Positions 8,395 through 17,202 of a stretch of 44,362 bases of DNA are shown piece after piece. The notes under the pieces were generated by a model. It had not been told where the DNA came from. It saw nothing but the letters and a program-made list of their open reading frames with translations, and ran no database searches. The DNA comes from Saprospiraceae bacterium (GTDB lineage: Bacteria > Bacteroidota > Bacteroidia > Chitinophagales > Saprospiraceae), in NCBI GenBank assembly GCA_043747725.1, contig JAYTON010000669.1, forward strand, positions 1 through 44,362, in the 5' to 3' direction. How positions within the stretch are numbered: position 1 is the first letter of the stretch; each line of letters begins with the position of its first letter. The position numbers and the translations under genes are program-made.

Positions 8395-9960
8395 TCAAAC
8401 CCAGATGGCAAATATTTTTTTACCTTCCACCTCAAGCCATTCAGAGTGCCAGTTTTTGACTTCTGAATGGTCAAAAATCAGCAAATAACCTTCGGATAAA
8501 GATTGACTATTGAGATATTCGACTAATTGAATAAGCCCTTTCTCATGCGCTTTTTGACCTCGCCAAAGTTTGAGTTCCGCTACATATTTTTCAGCAAAAT
8601 AAGTAATAACGACATCTAATCGCTGTTCTTCCGAAATTTGCGGTTCTTTAAAATCATAACCCGAACCGTTGATGATGGGTTTTATAAAAGCTAAAAAGAC
8701 CAATCTGCCATTTTTTTCAAGAAAATCACGATCTTTTTTGCTGTACTCTTTTTTCATAAACGTTTGAAAACCTAATAAAACGGCTTCCATGTTGAGCGTT
8801 TGATTAGTATTTCTATAGCCCGAACCGATATTTTTATTTTCTGAAAGTTTGTCTTCTCTAATTTTATCAGACATATAATTCACAATAACCTCTGTATAAA
8901 TACGATTGTGAATTTTGATGCGCCCACCGCCATTTCCCGATACAAACATACCGTACAAAATACCCAAATTTGTTGTAGGGTTATGAACGTTAAAAGGAAC
9001 GAAATCACTTTCTATGGCAATATTATAAACGGCTCGATAGAGTTCTGGGTTATTCTCTAAGTTTTTAGTGAGCGTATCAAAATTCGTATTGCTCTCAGTT
9101 ACTAAGATTTTCACAGCATTTTCCAAATCCTTGTCCATCCATTCTTTTACTTGTTTTTGCGGTAAAAAATCTTCATCCAGCATTTTACACAACTTACTCA
9201 CTAAAAATGGATAGCCCGATGTGTAATAAAAAAGCCGTTCAGCTATAAACTGGGTATCCATTTTCACCCCTTTATCCGCAACATATTCATCGAGCATCGG
9301 CTTAATTTCAGCTACTTGCAAATTCATATCTACCTTAAATTCAGCCGCAATATTCCACGGAGAATTAAACTTTTGTTCTTCATTACCTCTAATTTTTACT
9401 TTCAAGGTTTTCACATCATGTACACCCGCCAAGACAACGGAATGAAATGTTGGAATTTCATCACGTTCCAAATACTTATTGCGTAACATGGCTAAAAAAC
9501 TGACAAACAATTGATTATTGGAACTTTTATCTACTTCATCTATTATCAAAACCACCTTTTTATCGGTTTGACTAATAAAATCGGTTATCATATCAGACAG
9601 TTTTTCCAAGTCTTTTACTTTTCTTGTTTTTTTGAACCAACCCAGCAATTCGGGAGAGTGAAATTTTGTATATTTTTCCATTATTCTTATAAAACCCGAG
9701 GAAAAGTGTGCCTCTTCTTCAAAAATAGCATCGCCAATACCTTCAAAACTGGTATTGAGGACGACATATTCACCCGTTTTTCGGAGGGCTTCGGCTAAGG
9801 AATAAAGCGTAGTCGTTTTTCCATATTGACGAGGGCGATTGATGATAAAGTATGCCCCTTTTTCCACCATGTGCTGTATCTGTTCCATTTTCTTGGAAAC
9901 ATCTGCCATATAGTGTAGCTTTGGAAAGCACCGCCCTGTTATAAAAAATTCTTTTGACAT
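8395..9960 (-). CDS. P-loop ATPase fused to a C-terminal PD-(D/E)XK nuclease-like domain (AAA-ATPase_like/PDDEXK_9-type architecture)
   Basis: 521-aa ORF. It has Walker A RPRQYGKTT and Walker B VVLIIDEVD. The C-terminal RLDVVITY...YVAELKLW matches a D...ExK nuclease core. It lies on the opposite strand between the HTCS and susC genes. Confidence 0.7.
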   Translation of the reverse strand: MSKEFFITGRCFPKLHYMADVSKKMEQIQHMVEKGAYFIINRPRQYGKTTTLYSLAEALRKTGEYVVLNTSFEGIGDAIFEEEAHFSSGFIRIMEKYTKFHSPELLGWFKKTRKVKDLEKLSDMITDFISQTDKKVVLIIDEVDKSSNNQLFVSFLAMLRNKYLERDEIPTFHSVVLAGVHDVKTLKVKIRGNEEQKFNSPWNIAAEFKVDMNLQVAEIKPMLDEYVADKGVKMDTQFIAERLFYYTSGYPFLVSKLCKMLDEDFLPQKQVKEWMDKDLENAVKILVTESNTNFDTLTKNLENNPELYRAVYNIAIESDFVPFNVHNPTTNLGILYGMFVSGNGGGRIKIHNRIYTEVIVNYMSDKIREDKLSENKNIGSGYRNTNQTLNMEAVLLGFQTFMKKEYSKKDRDFLEKNGRLVFLAFIKPIINGSGYDFKEPQISEEQRLDVVITYFAEKYVAELKLWRGQKAHEKGLIQLVEYLNSQSLSEGYLLIFDHSEVKNWHSEWLEVEGKKIFAIWV

Positions 9961-10051
9961 CTTATTTTTAAAAATTTAAGTGCAAATGTAGATTAAATAT
10001 GGGGAAAATGCGGGAAAAACCGAGTACATTATTCCATAGCTTTTATAAGCA

Positions 10052-10062
10052 CCCCCTCAGTA
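10052..10062 (-). repeat. Intergenic copy of the 11-mer TACTGAGGGGG
   Basis: Exact match, 92 nt beyond the start of the ATPase gene at 8395..9960. Confidence 0.95.
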
Positions 10063-10093
10063 TTTTTACTCAAATAATTAGATAAAGCTATTT

Positions 10094-10128
10094 TGAGACA
10101 TTTTTATACCCTTGTGAGACATTTTTAT
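10094..10128 (+). promoter_or_regulatory. Direct repeat TGAGACATTTTTAT x2, 21-nt phase, upstream of susC (candidate HTCS/AraC-type operator)
   Basis: Exact 14-mers lie at 10094-10107 and 10115-10128, about 80-110 nt upstream of the susC ATG. Confidence 0.4.
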
Positions 10129-10206
10129 GGTTTGGGATTGCCAATTTTACAGTCATAAATTCTATAATAGACTAAACTTTACTTTTAGCAATAACTCACT
10201 AACAAG

Positions 10207-13200
10207 ATGATGAAAAAAACTATACTTCTTTCCAATCAAAAGACATGGTTGGCGTGCGTACTTTTCCTTTTGTTCCAATTTGGGTTTACGGATACGCTCT
10301 TAGCCCAAAGTGGTAAGGTCGTATCTGGTACAGTGCTTGACCAAGACGGTAATCCTATTGCCAATGCACAAGTTTTTGTACCTCAAACCACTATCAAGAC
10401 AAAAACGAATGACAAAGGGAGTTACCTCCTCAATTTGCCTGCGAGTATCAATACTTTTGTCGTGACGGCAAAAGGCAAACAACGCCAACAGGTACAGGTA
10501 AATGACCGCACCACTATCCTTGTGCGGATGCAGCCTTTTAGCGGCAATACGGCAGAAGGCATGGACGATGACCTTAATAATAATGGCAAAAAAAAGAAAA
10601 AAGTGAAAATGCCCAAAGGTGAACGTGCCGTAGTGGGTGTTGTGGCTGATGAAAAAGGGCAACCGATTCCCTCTGCCTCTATTGTTCTTTCAGGTACGCA
10701 AACGGGTACAATTAGTGACTTTGAGGGTCGTTTTATGCTCACGATTCCCGCAGGGCGTGATTCTTTGACCGTTTCATTTGTCGGTTTTGAAACACAAGAT
10801 ATTGAAATCGGTGATAACGAGGCAAGTTTGACGGTTATAATGCGTGAAACCGTCAATAATTTGAATGAAGTGGTGGTTGTAGGCTATGGCTCACAAAAAC
10901 GGAGCAATATCACGGGAGCCGTTTCAGATGTGAATTTTAAAGATTTGGAAAATTTACCACAATCGTCTGTTATTAATATGCTTTCGGGGCGTATGGCGGG
11001 TGTTTCTATCGTTCAGCCCGGGGGCGAACCGGGGGCAGACCAAGGGGAAATTTTAGTACGGGGTGTTGGTACGTTGAATGATGCTGCACCCTTGGTGGTC
11101 ATTGACGGGGCGGTCTCGAATTTAACCACTATGAATAATTTAGCACCCACTGAAATTGCCAGTATAACGGTTTTGAAAGACGCTTCTTCGGCAGCTATTT
11201 ATGGTGCCCGTGGGGCAAATGGGGTTATCTTGGTAACGACCAAAGAACCACAAAAATCTCGTTTGAACATCAATGTCAATCTGCAAAACTCCTCACAACA
11301 AGCCACCTACTTGCCTCAATTTGTCAATTCATGGCAGTGGATGACTTTACACAATGAAGCAACGGGCGGCACGAATTACCCGCTTTATGCCATCGAAAAT
11401 GCTAAAAATGGTATCTTAAACGATACTTTCGCCAATACAGATTGGGTGAAAGAAACCTACCGCACAGGCTTTCTACGCAATGCCAATGTGTCGGTGAATG
11501 GGGGCAATAATAATGCGTCATTTCAAGGCTCTTTTGGCGTAGTTGACCAAGAAGGGGCTATGAAAGGATTTTCTTCACGGCGTTATAATTATCGCAGCAA
11601 TATCCGTTTGAAAGCCTCTGAAAATATAGATGTTGGTTTGAATTTTTTCGGATATTTACAAAGTTCCAACAGTCCTTTTGCTTCTTCGGCAACTGTTGTG
11701 AGCCGCATCAATCAAGCCTTTCCTATCACACCACTTAAATATGCGAATGGCAATTGGGGTGTAAACTACCCGGGTGCGCCTGCCAGTTTTCAAGCCCTTT
11801 CAGTCGTACAAAACCCTGTTTTGACCACCGAAATTGGGCGCAATGACCGCAAAACGCTCAATAATAATATGTTGGCATTTCTGGCATATCGCCCTGTCAA
11901 GGGTTTGTTATTGAGAGGGCAATTCAGTTATGCTACGGATAATACGACAGTAGAAGCATTTAATCCTACTTTCGATTATCGGGGTGTAAATCCGTTACAA
12001 ACGGGTATGCAAAATCAGAAAAATACCCTAATTAACAGCAGCAGCACAAGCCGTCAATTTCAATCGCAACTGACTGCAAATTATAATACCGTTTTTAACA
12101 ACAAACACGCTTTGGGTTTATTGGCGGGTTATGAATATACCGATTTTGAAGACACCGATTTTGAAGCGGAAGGGCGTGATTTACCAAGCAACGACCAACA
12201 AGTTTTAGGCAATGCCCTTAGTGATTTGCGGGTAGCAGGTGATAGAAACGCTTGGCGTGTGCAATCTTTCTTCGGGCGTATGAATTATTCTTTTGACAAT
12301 AAATACATATTGGAAGGCAATCTGCGGGTAGATGGCTCGTCTCGTTTTCCTGCCAATGAAAAATATGGCTATTTCCCGTCGTTCTCTGCGGGTTGGATAG
12401 TGTCGAATGAGCAATTTTTTACCCCCCTCAGTAAATTTATGAGTTTATTGAAATTTAGAGGCGGTTGGGGGATTGTCGGTAATGACCGCATTGGTAATTA
12501 TCCTTATCAGCAAGTGTATAGCACCCGTTCATTTTATCCGTTGGGTGATGTGTTGAATGTGGGTGTGTCGCAAAACCGTTTCAGCAACCCGAATATCCGT
12601 TGGGAAGAAACGGCTGTGACAAACGTGGGTATGGACGCTGCCTTTTGGGATAACCGCTTGTTTTTAAATGTGGACGTTTTCAATAAAGTAACCGATGGTA
12701 TTTTGTATCAATTGGCACTGCCTTCCTCTTTTGGGGGTATAACACCTGCCAATTTGAATGTGGCAAAGGTCTCAAACAAAGGCTATGAATTGAATTTGGA
12801 ATACAAAACCCAAGTGGCTAAAAAGGTTTTTTTAAATATTGGTGGCAATTTTACCTATATTAAAAACAATGTAGATAAATTGGAAACAAGGGATGCTGTG
12901 AATGGTAGTTTCATTTTGAGAGAAGGTTATCCTATCAATTCCTACTATTTGATGGCTTATCGAGGCATTTATCGAGATACAACAGAGTTTGAAAAGTACC
13001 CTATTTTTAATAATAATGCAAATACTCGGCGTGTGGGGGCATTGTATTATTACGATACCAATAACGATGGACAAGTGAATCTTGATGACCGCCAAATTTT
13101 AAATTCTTCCAATACACCTATCACTTATGGGGCAACTTTAGGCGTGTCTTTTAAAGGTTTAGACCTTAATGTTTTGGTACAAGGCGTGAAGGATAAATAC

Positions 13201-13596
13201 ATTTATCTCGGTGACAATGGCAATCGCCCTGGCAATGCGGGTAATACCAATTTCTGGAAAGAATGGTGGGACAATCGCTATGACCCAAAAGAAAATCCGA
13301 ATGGTACGTGGCCCGTTCTCAAACGCCAAAGCCCAGAGGCAAACCTCACTTCTTTCTTTTTAAGTGATGCCTCTTTCCTCCGCATTAGAAATATTGAATT
13401 GGGTTATTCACTGCCTTCTGCCACCATGAAAAAATGGGGTATGCGGACATTGCGGGTGTACTTATCGGGCAATAATCTTTTTACATTTAGCAAATTGATT
13501 AAACAAATTGACCCTGAAAGGGCAAATGGTTCATTAGGCAATTCGCAATATCCGCAATTGAAAACGGCAACGGTGGGGTTGAATCTTGGTTTTTAG
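10207..13596 (+). CDS. susC: SusC/RagA-type TonB-dependent outer-membrane transporter
   Basis: 1129 aa with a signal peptide and CarboxypepD_reg-like segments. The TonB-box/plug region reads NEVVVVGYGSQKRSNITGAVS. The SusC signature LKDASSAAIYGARGANGVILVTTK is present. The C-terminus ends ...VGLNLGF, and a SusD gene follows directly. Confidence 0.9.
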   Translation: MMKKTILLSNQKTWLACVLFLLFQFGFTDTLLAQSGKVVSGTVLDQDGNPIANAQVFVPQTTIKTKTNDKGSYLLNLPASINTFVVTAKGKQRQQVQVNDRTTILVRMQPFSGNTAEGMDDDLNNNGKKKKKVKMPKGERAVVGVVADEKGQPIPSASIVLSGTQTGTISDFEGRFMLTIPAGRDSLTVSFVGFETQDIEIGDNEASLTVIMRETVNNLNEVVVVGYGSQKRSNITGAVSDVNFKDLENLPQSSVINMLSGRMAGVSIVQPGGEPGADQGEILVRGVGTLNDAAPLVVIDGAVSNLTTMNNLAPTEIASITVLKDASSAAIYGARGANGVILVTTKEPQKSRLNINVNLQNSSQQATYLPQFVNSWQWMTLHNEATGGTNYPLYAIENAKNGILNDTFANTDWVKETYRTGFLRNANVSVNGGNNNASFQGSFGVVDQEGAMKGFSSRRYNYRSNIRLKASENIDVGLNFFGYLQSSNSPFASSATVVSRINQAFPITPLKYANGNWGVNYPGAPASFQALSVVQNPVLTTEIGRNDRKTLNNNMLAFLAYRPVKGLLLRGQFSYATDNTTVEAFNPTFDYRGVNPLQTGMQNQKNTLINSSSTSRQFQSQLTANYNTVFNNKHALGLLAGYEYTDFEDTDFEAEGRDLPSNDQQVLGNALSDLRVAGDRNAWRVQSFFGRMNYSFDNKYILEGNLRVDGSSRFPANEKYGYFPSFSAGWIVSNEQFFTPLSKFMSLLKFRGGWGIVGNDRIGNYPYQQVYSTRSFYPLGDVLNVGVSQNRFSNPNIRWEETAVTNVGMDAAFWDNRLFLNVDVFNKVTDGILYQLALPSSFGGITPANLNVAKVSNKGYELNLEYKTQVAKKVFLNIGGNFTYIKNNVDKLETRDAVNGSFILREGYPINSYYLMAYRGIYRDTTEFEKYPIFNNNANTRRVGALYYYDTNNDGQVNLDDRQILNSSNTPITYGATLGVSFKGLDLNVLVQGVKDKYIYLGDNGNRPGNAGNTNFWKEWWDNRYDPKENPNGTWPVLKRQSPEANLTSFFLSDASFLRIRNIELGYSLPSATMKKWGMRTLRVYLSGNNLFTFSKLIKQIDPERANGSLGNSQYPQLKTATVGLNLGF

Positions 13597-13598
13597 TA

Positions 13599-13609
13599 CC
13601 CCCTCAGTA
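13599..13609 (-). repeat. Intergenic copy of the 11-mer TACTGAGGGGG
   Basis: Exact match, 3 nt after the susC stop. Confidence 0.95.
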
Positions 13610-13654
13610 TTTTCACCATTTTAGACAATAAAAAGACAATAAAAATCGCATAAA

Positions 13655-15217
13655 ATGAAAAATATAAAATTCATCATATCCTTTTTTGCCCTGTTGATTG
13701 CAACATCTTGTGGCAAAGACCAATTGGAATTAACCAATCCTAACGACATTCAAGAATCTGAATTTTGGAAAACCGAACGACAAGCCCTTCAAGGTATTTT
13801 AGGAGTCTATGATGCTTTGCAAAGTGATGAAATCGGTGGTTTGCGCTACTACCAATTGGATGTTTTGACCGATAATATGGGGACAAATACCAATTCTGAA
13901 AGTTGGTTAGACATTCGCAATTTTGCTTTCAACAGCAGTACGGCAAGAGTCGTTAATATGTGGCGTGCCTTGTACAACGTGGTCAATCGAGCAAATTTGG
14001 CGATTGATAAAATCTCTCAAATGCCTTCAACAGCCATTAGCGATGCGGTAAAAACCCGTTTGATTGCCGAAGCGCAGTTTTTAAGAGCTTTTGCGTATCA
14101 CGATTTGACCATGATTTATCAAGGTGTACCGTTTTACACCAAACCCAATACTTCTACAAGTGAAGGTTTGCCAGCCACAAAAGGCAGTGAAATAGCCAAA
14201 GCAATGATTGAAGATTTGAAAAATACCGTCATGCCCAACTTGCCAACGATTTCCACAGATGGACGCATTACAAGAGGGGCAGCTACATTTTTATTGGGCA
14301 AATTTTATATGGCTTTGCGAGATTATCCAAACGCCATTACGACTTTAAAATCTTTAAAAACCGCCCCGTATTCTTATGCCTTATTCGCCGATTATGAAAA
14401 ACTTTTTACGCCCGAAGTGGAGTTCACGAATAGCGAGGTGATGTTTCAAGTCAATTTTATTGATAGTCCATTGGATAATGGTGGCAATTTCGCTATCAAA
14501 ATTGATACTTTAACTTCTCCTTCTGTTACACCTTTTAATGTGCCGCGCAATTCGTTTCAAATTACCAATAATTTGCGGGATTCTTACCTCTGCACCGATG
14601 GAAAACCTTATGCTGCAAACAGCACAATTTATGGTACAAAATCCACTTTGGCAAGCACAACCAACCATGCCCGCAATCGAGATAAGCGCATGAAAGGGGC
14701 TATGTTGTCCAATATTGATACGACTTTTGGCAGTAAAAAATATTGGAATTTTACGACTAATGCCATAGCCATTAAAAAATATTTCCACGTTTCGCCTATC
14801 GTTTACAATACCAATCCGCAGAACTATTACATGATGCGCTATGCTGATGCTTTGTTGATGTTGGCAGAAGCTGAAATAGAAGTCAATGCAGCCGACCCCG
14901 ATATTTTTGCCAATTTAAAACTGATTCGTGACCGTGCAGGTGTCGCCATGTTTGACCAAACCGCATGGAACGCTCTTACCCAAGCCCAAAAACGCACCGT
15001 CATTCGAGATGAACGCCGTTGGGAATTTGCCTTTGAACACGTTCGCTTTTTTGACCTCCGCCGTTGGGGTTTGGATTTTACCAAAACGACTTTGAGAGCG
15101 ATAAATACCGCTATTCCTGCCAATACGCCCGATATTATGTTTGTGCAGTGGTCTTATCCATTGCCCGAATTGGATAATAATGCGGCTTTGAAAAAGGGGG
15201 GGAATCCAGGGTATTAG
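13655..15217 (+). CDS. susD: SusD/RagB-family glycan-binding lipoprotein
   Basis: Lipoprotein signal LLIATSCGKD. SusD-type strings are RALYNVVNRANL, AEAQFLRAFAYHDL, MMRYADALLMLAEAE and RDERRWEFAFEHVRFFDLRRWG. It lies immediately downstream of susC. Confidence 0.85.
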   Translation: MKNIKFIISFFALLIATSCGKDQLELTNPNDIQESEFWKTERQALQGILGVYDALQSDEIGGLRYYQLDVLTDNMGTNTNSESWLDIRNFAFNSSTARVVNMWRALYNVVNRANLAIDKISQMPSTAISDAVKTRLIAEAQFLRAFAYHDLTMIYQGVPFYTKPNTSTSEGLPATKGSEIAKAMIEDLKNTVMPNLPTISTDGRITRGAATFLLGKFYMALRDYPNAITTLKSLKTAPYSYALFADYEKLFTPEVEFTNSEVMFQVNFIDSPLDNGGNFAIKIDTLTSPSVTPFNVPRNSFQITNNLRDSYLCTDGKPYAANSTIYGTKSTLASTTNHARNRDKRMKGAMLSNIDTTFGSKKYWNFTTNAIAIKKYFHVSPIVYNTNPQNYYMMRYADALLMLAEAEIEVNAADPDIFANLKLIRDRAGVAMFDQTAWNALTQAQKRTVIRDERRWEFAFEHVRFFDLRRWGLDFTKTTLRAINTAIPANTPDIMFVQWSYPLPELDNNAALKKGGNPGY

Positions 15218-15268
15218 CGTTTGGCAATAATTCCATATTCAAATACTCAAAACATTATGAGTGAGATA

Positions 15269-15440
15269 TATACATGAAACGGGGTAAAATCCCGTTTTAA
15301 CGATGACTGAATAACGAATATCGATTAACGAATTTTGAATGTCGAAGTCGTGCACGTCGGCGTCGTACACTTCAAAATTCTACATTCGTTAATCGATATT
15401 CGTTATTAAAAAAGCGGGATTTTACCCCGTTTCATGTATA
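15269..15440. repeat. 172-bp near-full-length palindromic element (nested long hairpin)
   Basis: The outer arms 15269-15294 and 15415-15440 are 26/26 complementary. The inner arms 15310-15333 and 15384-15407 are 24/24 complementary. The apex is GC-rich and imperfect. Confidence 0.85.
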
Positions 15441-15483
15441 ACTTTCATTAATCGTGAACACAGGTACTGAATTATTACGTTTT

Positions 15484-15641
15484 ATAAGCCCGTAGGGCTG
15501 GCACCGTTTATAGGAAAGTGAGTAGTGTTTTTTTAAGGTACGTAGTACCGACACCGTAAAAAAACGGTGTCGGTGCTACGCACCTTTACGATAATTTTTG
15601 ATTACTTGTTCTATAAACGGTGCCAGCCCTAACGGGCTTAT
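15484..15641. repeat. 158-bp near-full-length palindromic element, unrelated in sequence to the first
   Basis: The outer arms 15484-15513 and 15611-15641 are complementary with a 1-nt bulge. The inner arms 15534-15556 and 15564-15586 are complementary with 2 mismatches around an A7 loop. Confidence 0.85.
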
Positions 15642-15719
15642 TAAAAACGCACCCAAATTTTAACTTTCAAGGCTTTTCAACCCATTATTCGCATTTATTG
15701 TTTAATTAAAAAAAACGAT

Positions 15720-17195
15720 ATGATTTATAAAATTATCCCTTTATTTTTTCTTTTGTTTTTGGGTAACATTAACCTAAGCAGCCAAACTCGAAAACCCAAT
15801 ATCATTTACATTCTCGCCGATGACTTGGGGTATGGTGATGTCGGTTGCTATGGTCAAAAAACAATCAGAACACCGCATCTCGATACCTTAGCCGCAAACG
15901 GTATGCGTTTCACCCAACACTATACAGGTGCGCCCGTCTGTGCGCCAAGTCGTGCTATTTTAATGACAGGACGTGACGCAGGGCATTGTCGGGTGCGGGG
16001 TAATTATGAAGCAGGCAAACACGGCTTTGGGGCAGGCTTGGAATTGCGAGACGAAGACGTAACCATCGGTGAGGTATTGAAAAAAAGAGGCTATGCTACG
16101 GCTGTTATCGGCAAATGGGGCATGGGCGTAGAAGGCACAACAGGCGAACCCACTAAACAAGGTTTTGACTATCATTTTGGTTTTTTAAATCAAGGACATG
16201 CCCATTATCAATTCCCTGATTATTTGTTCCGAAATGGCAAGCGGGTGGACATTGTAGAAAATCAAAACGATGGACGTAAAGCCTATTCCAATAATCTTTT
16301 TACCGATGAGGCAAAGCAATATATTGAGCAAAATAAAACCCAACCTTTCTTTTTATATTTGGCTTACACCACGCCACACGCTGAATTATTAGTGCCTGAT
16401 GATACAATTTTTCAAAGTTATAAAGGCAAATTTGATGAAAAACCCTATATTTTGAATAAACAAGGCGGCAACAGCAAGCAAGACAATTATGGTGCATACA
16501 ATTCACAAACGCACCCAATGGCAGCCTATGCAGCGAGTATTACGCATTTGGATAATTGTATCGGTCAATTGATTGCCCATTTGAAAGAAAGAGGTTTGTA
16601 TGAAAACACCCTAATCATTTTCAGTAGCGACAATGGGGCTGCAAAAGAAGGTGGTGCCAATCCCGATTATTTCAAAAGTTCGGGCATTTACAGAGGTCGG
16701 AAAAGAGATATTTATGAGGGCGGTATTCGTGTGCCGATGATAGTAGGTGGCTGGTCAAAAGTGCAAAAAGGGGTAGAAAGCAAGCATATTTCTTCTTTTC
16801 AAGACATAATGACAACCTTAGCGGAGGTGAGTGGTAAAAAGCTCGAAAAGGCGCAAAATACTGAGGGGGTCTCTTTTTATCCCACTTTGATAGGAAAATT
16901 GAAAAAACAAAAAAAACATGATTATTTGTATTGGGAGTTTCACGAAAATAAAACTTCTGACCAAGCCATTTTATTAAACAATTGGAAAGGCATCAGGCAC
17001 GACCCAAACGGCAAATTAGAACTCTACAACCTCAACAACGACCCCTCCGAAACAACGGATGTTGCCGATAAAAACCCCTCCATAGTACAACAAATCGAAA
17101 CATTGATGAAAACTGCCAGAGAACCACACGACATTTGGCAACTTAAAACAGCCATTAACAACAATTCTTCACAATCAAAGACAGATAAAAAATGA
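15720..17195 (+). CDS. S1-family sulfatase (formylglycine-dependent)
   Basis: Signal peptide. Strings are PNIIYILADDLGYGD, the formylglycine motif CAPSRAILMTGR, and FSSDNG. Confidence 0.9.
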   Translation: MIYKIIPLFFLLFLGNINLSSQTRKPNIIYILADDLGYGDVGCYGQKTIRTPHLDTLAANGMRFTQHYTGAPVCAPSRAILMTGRDAGHCRVRGNYEAGKHGFGAGLELRDEDVTIGEVLKKRGYATAVIGKWGMGVEGTTGEPTKQGFDYHFGFLNQGHAHYQFPDYLFRNGKRVDIVENQNDGRKAYSNNLFTDEAKQYIEQNKTQPFFLYLAYTTPHAELLVPDDTIFQSYKGKFDEKPYILNKQGGNSKQDNYGAYNSQTHPMAAYAASITHLDNCIGQLIAHLKERGLYENTLIIFSSDNGAAKEGGANPDYFKSSGIYRGRKRDIYEGGIRVPMIVGGWSKVQKGVESKHISSFQDIMTTLAEVSGKKLEKAQNTEGVSFYPTLIGKLKKQKKHDYLYWEFHENKTSDQAILLNNWKGIRHDPNGKLELYNLNNDPSETTDVADKNPSIVQQIETLMKTAREPHDIWQLKTAINNNSSQSKTDKK

Positions 17196-17202
17196 AAAGG
17201 AA

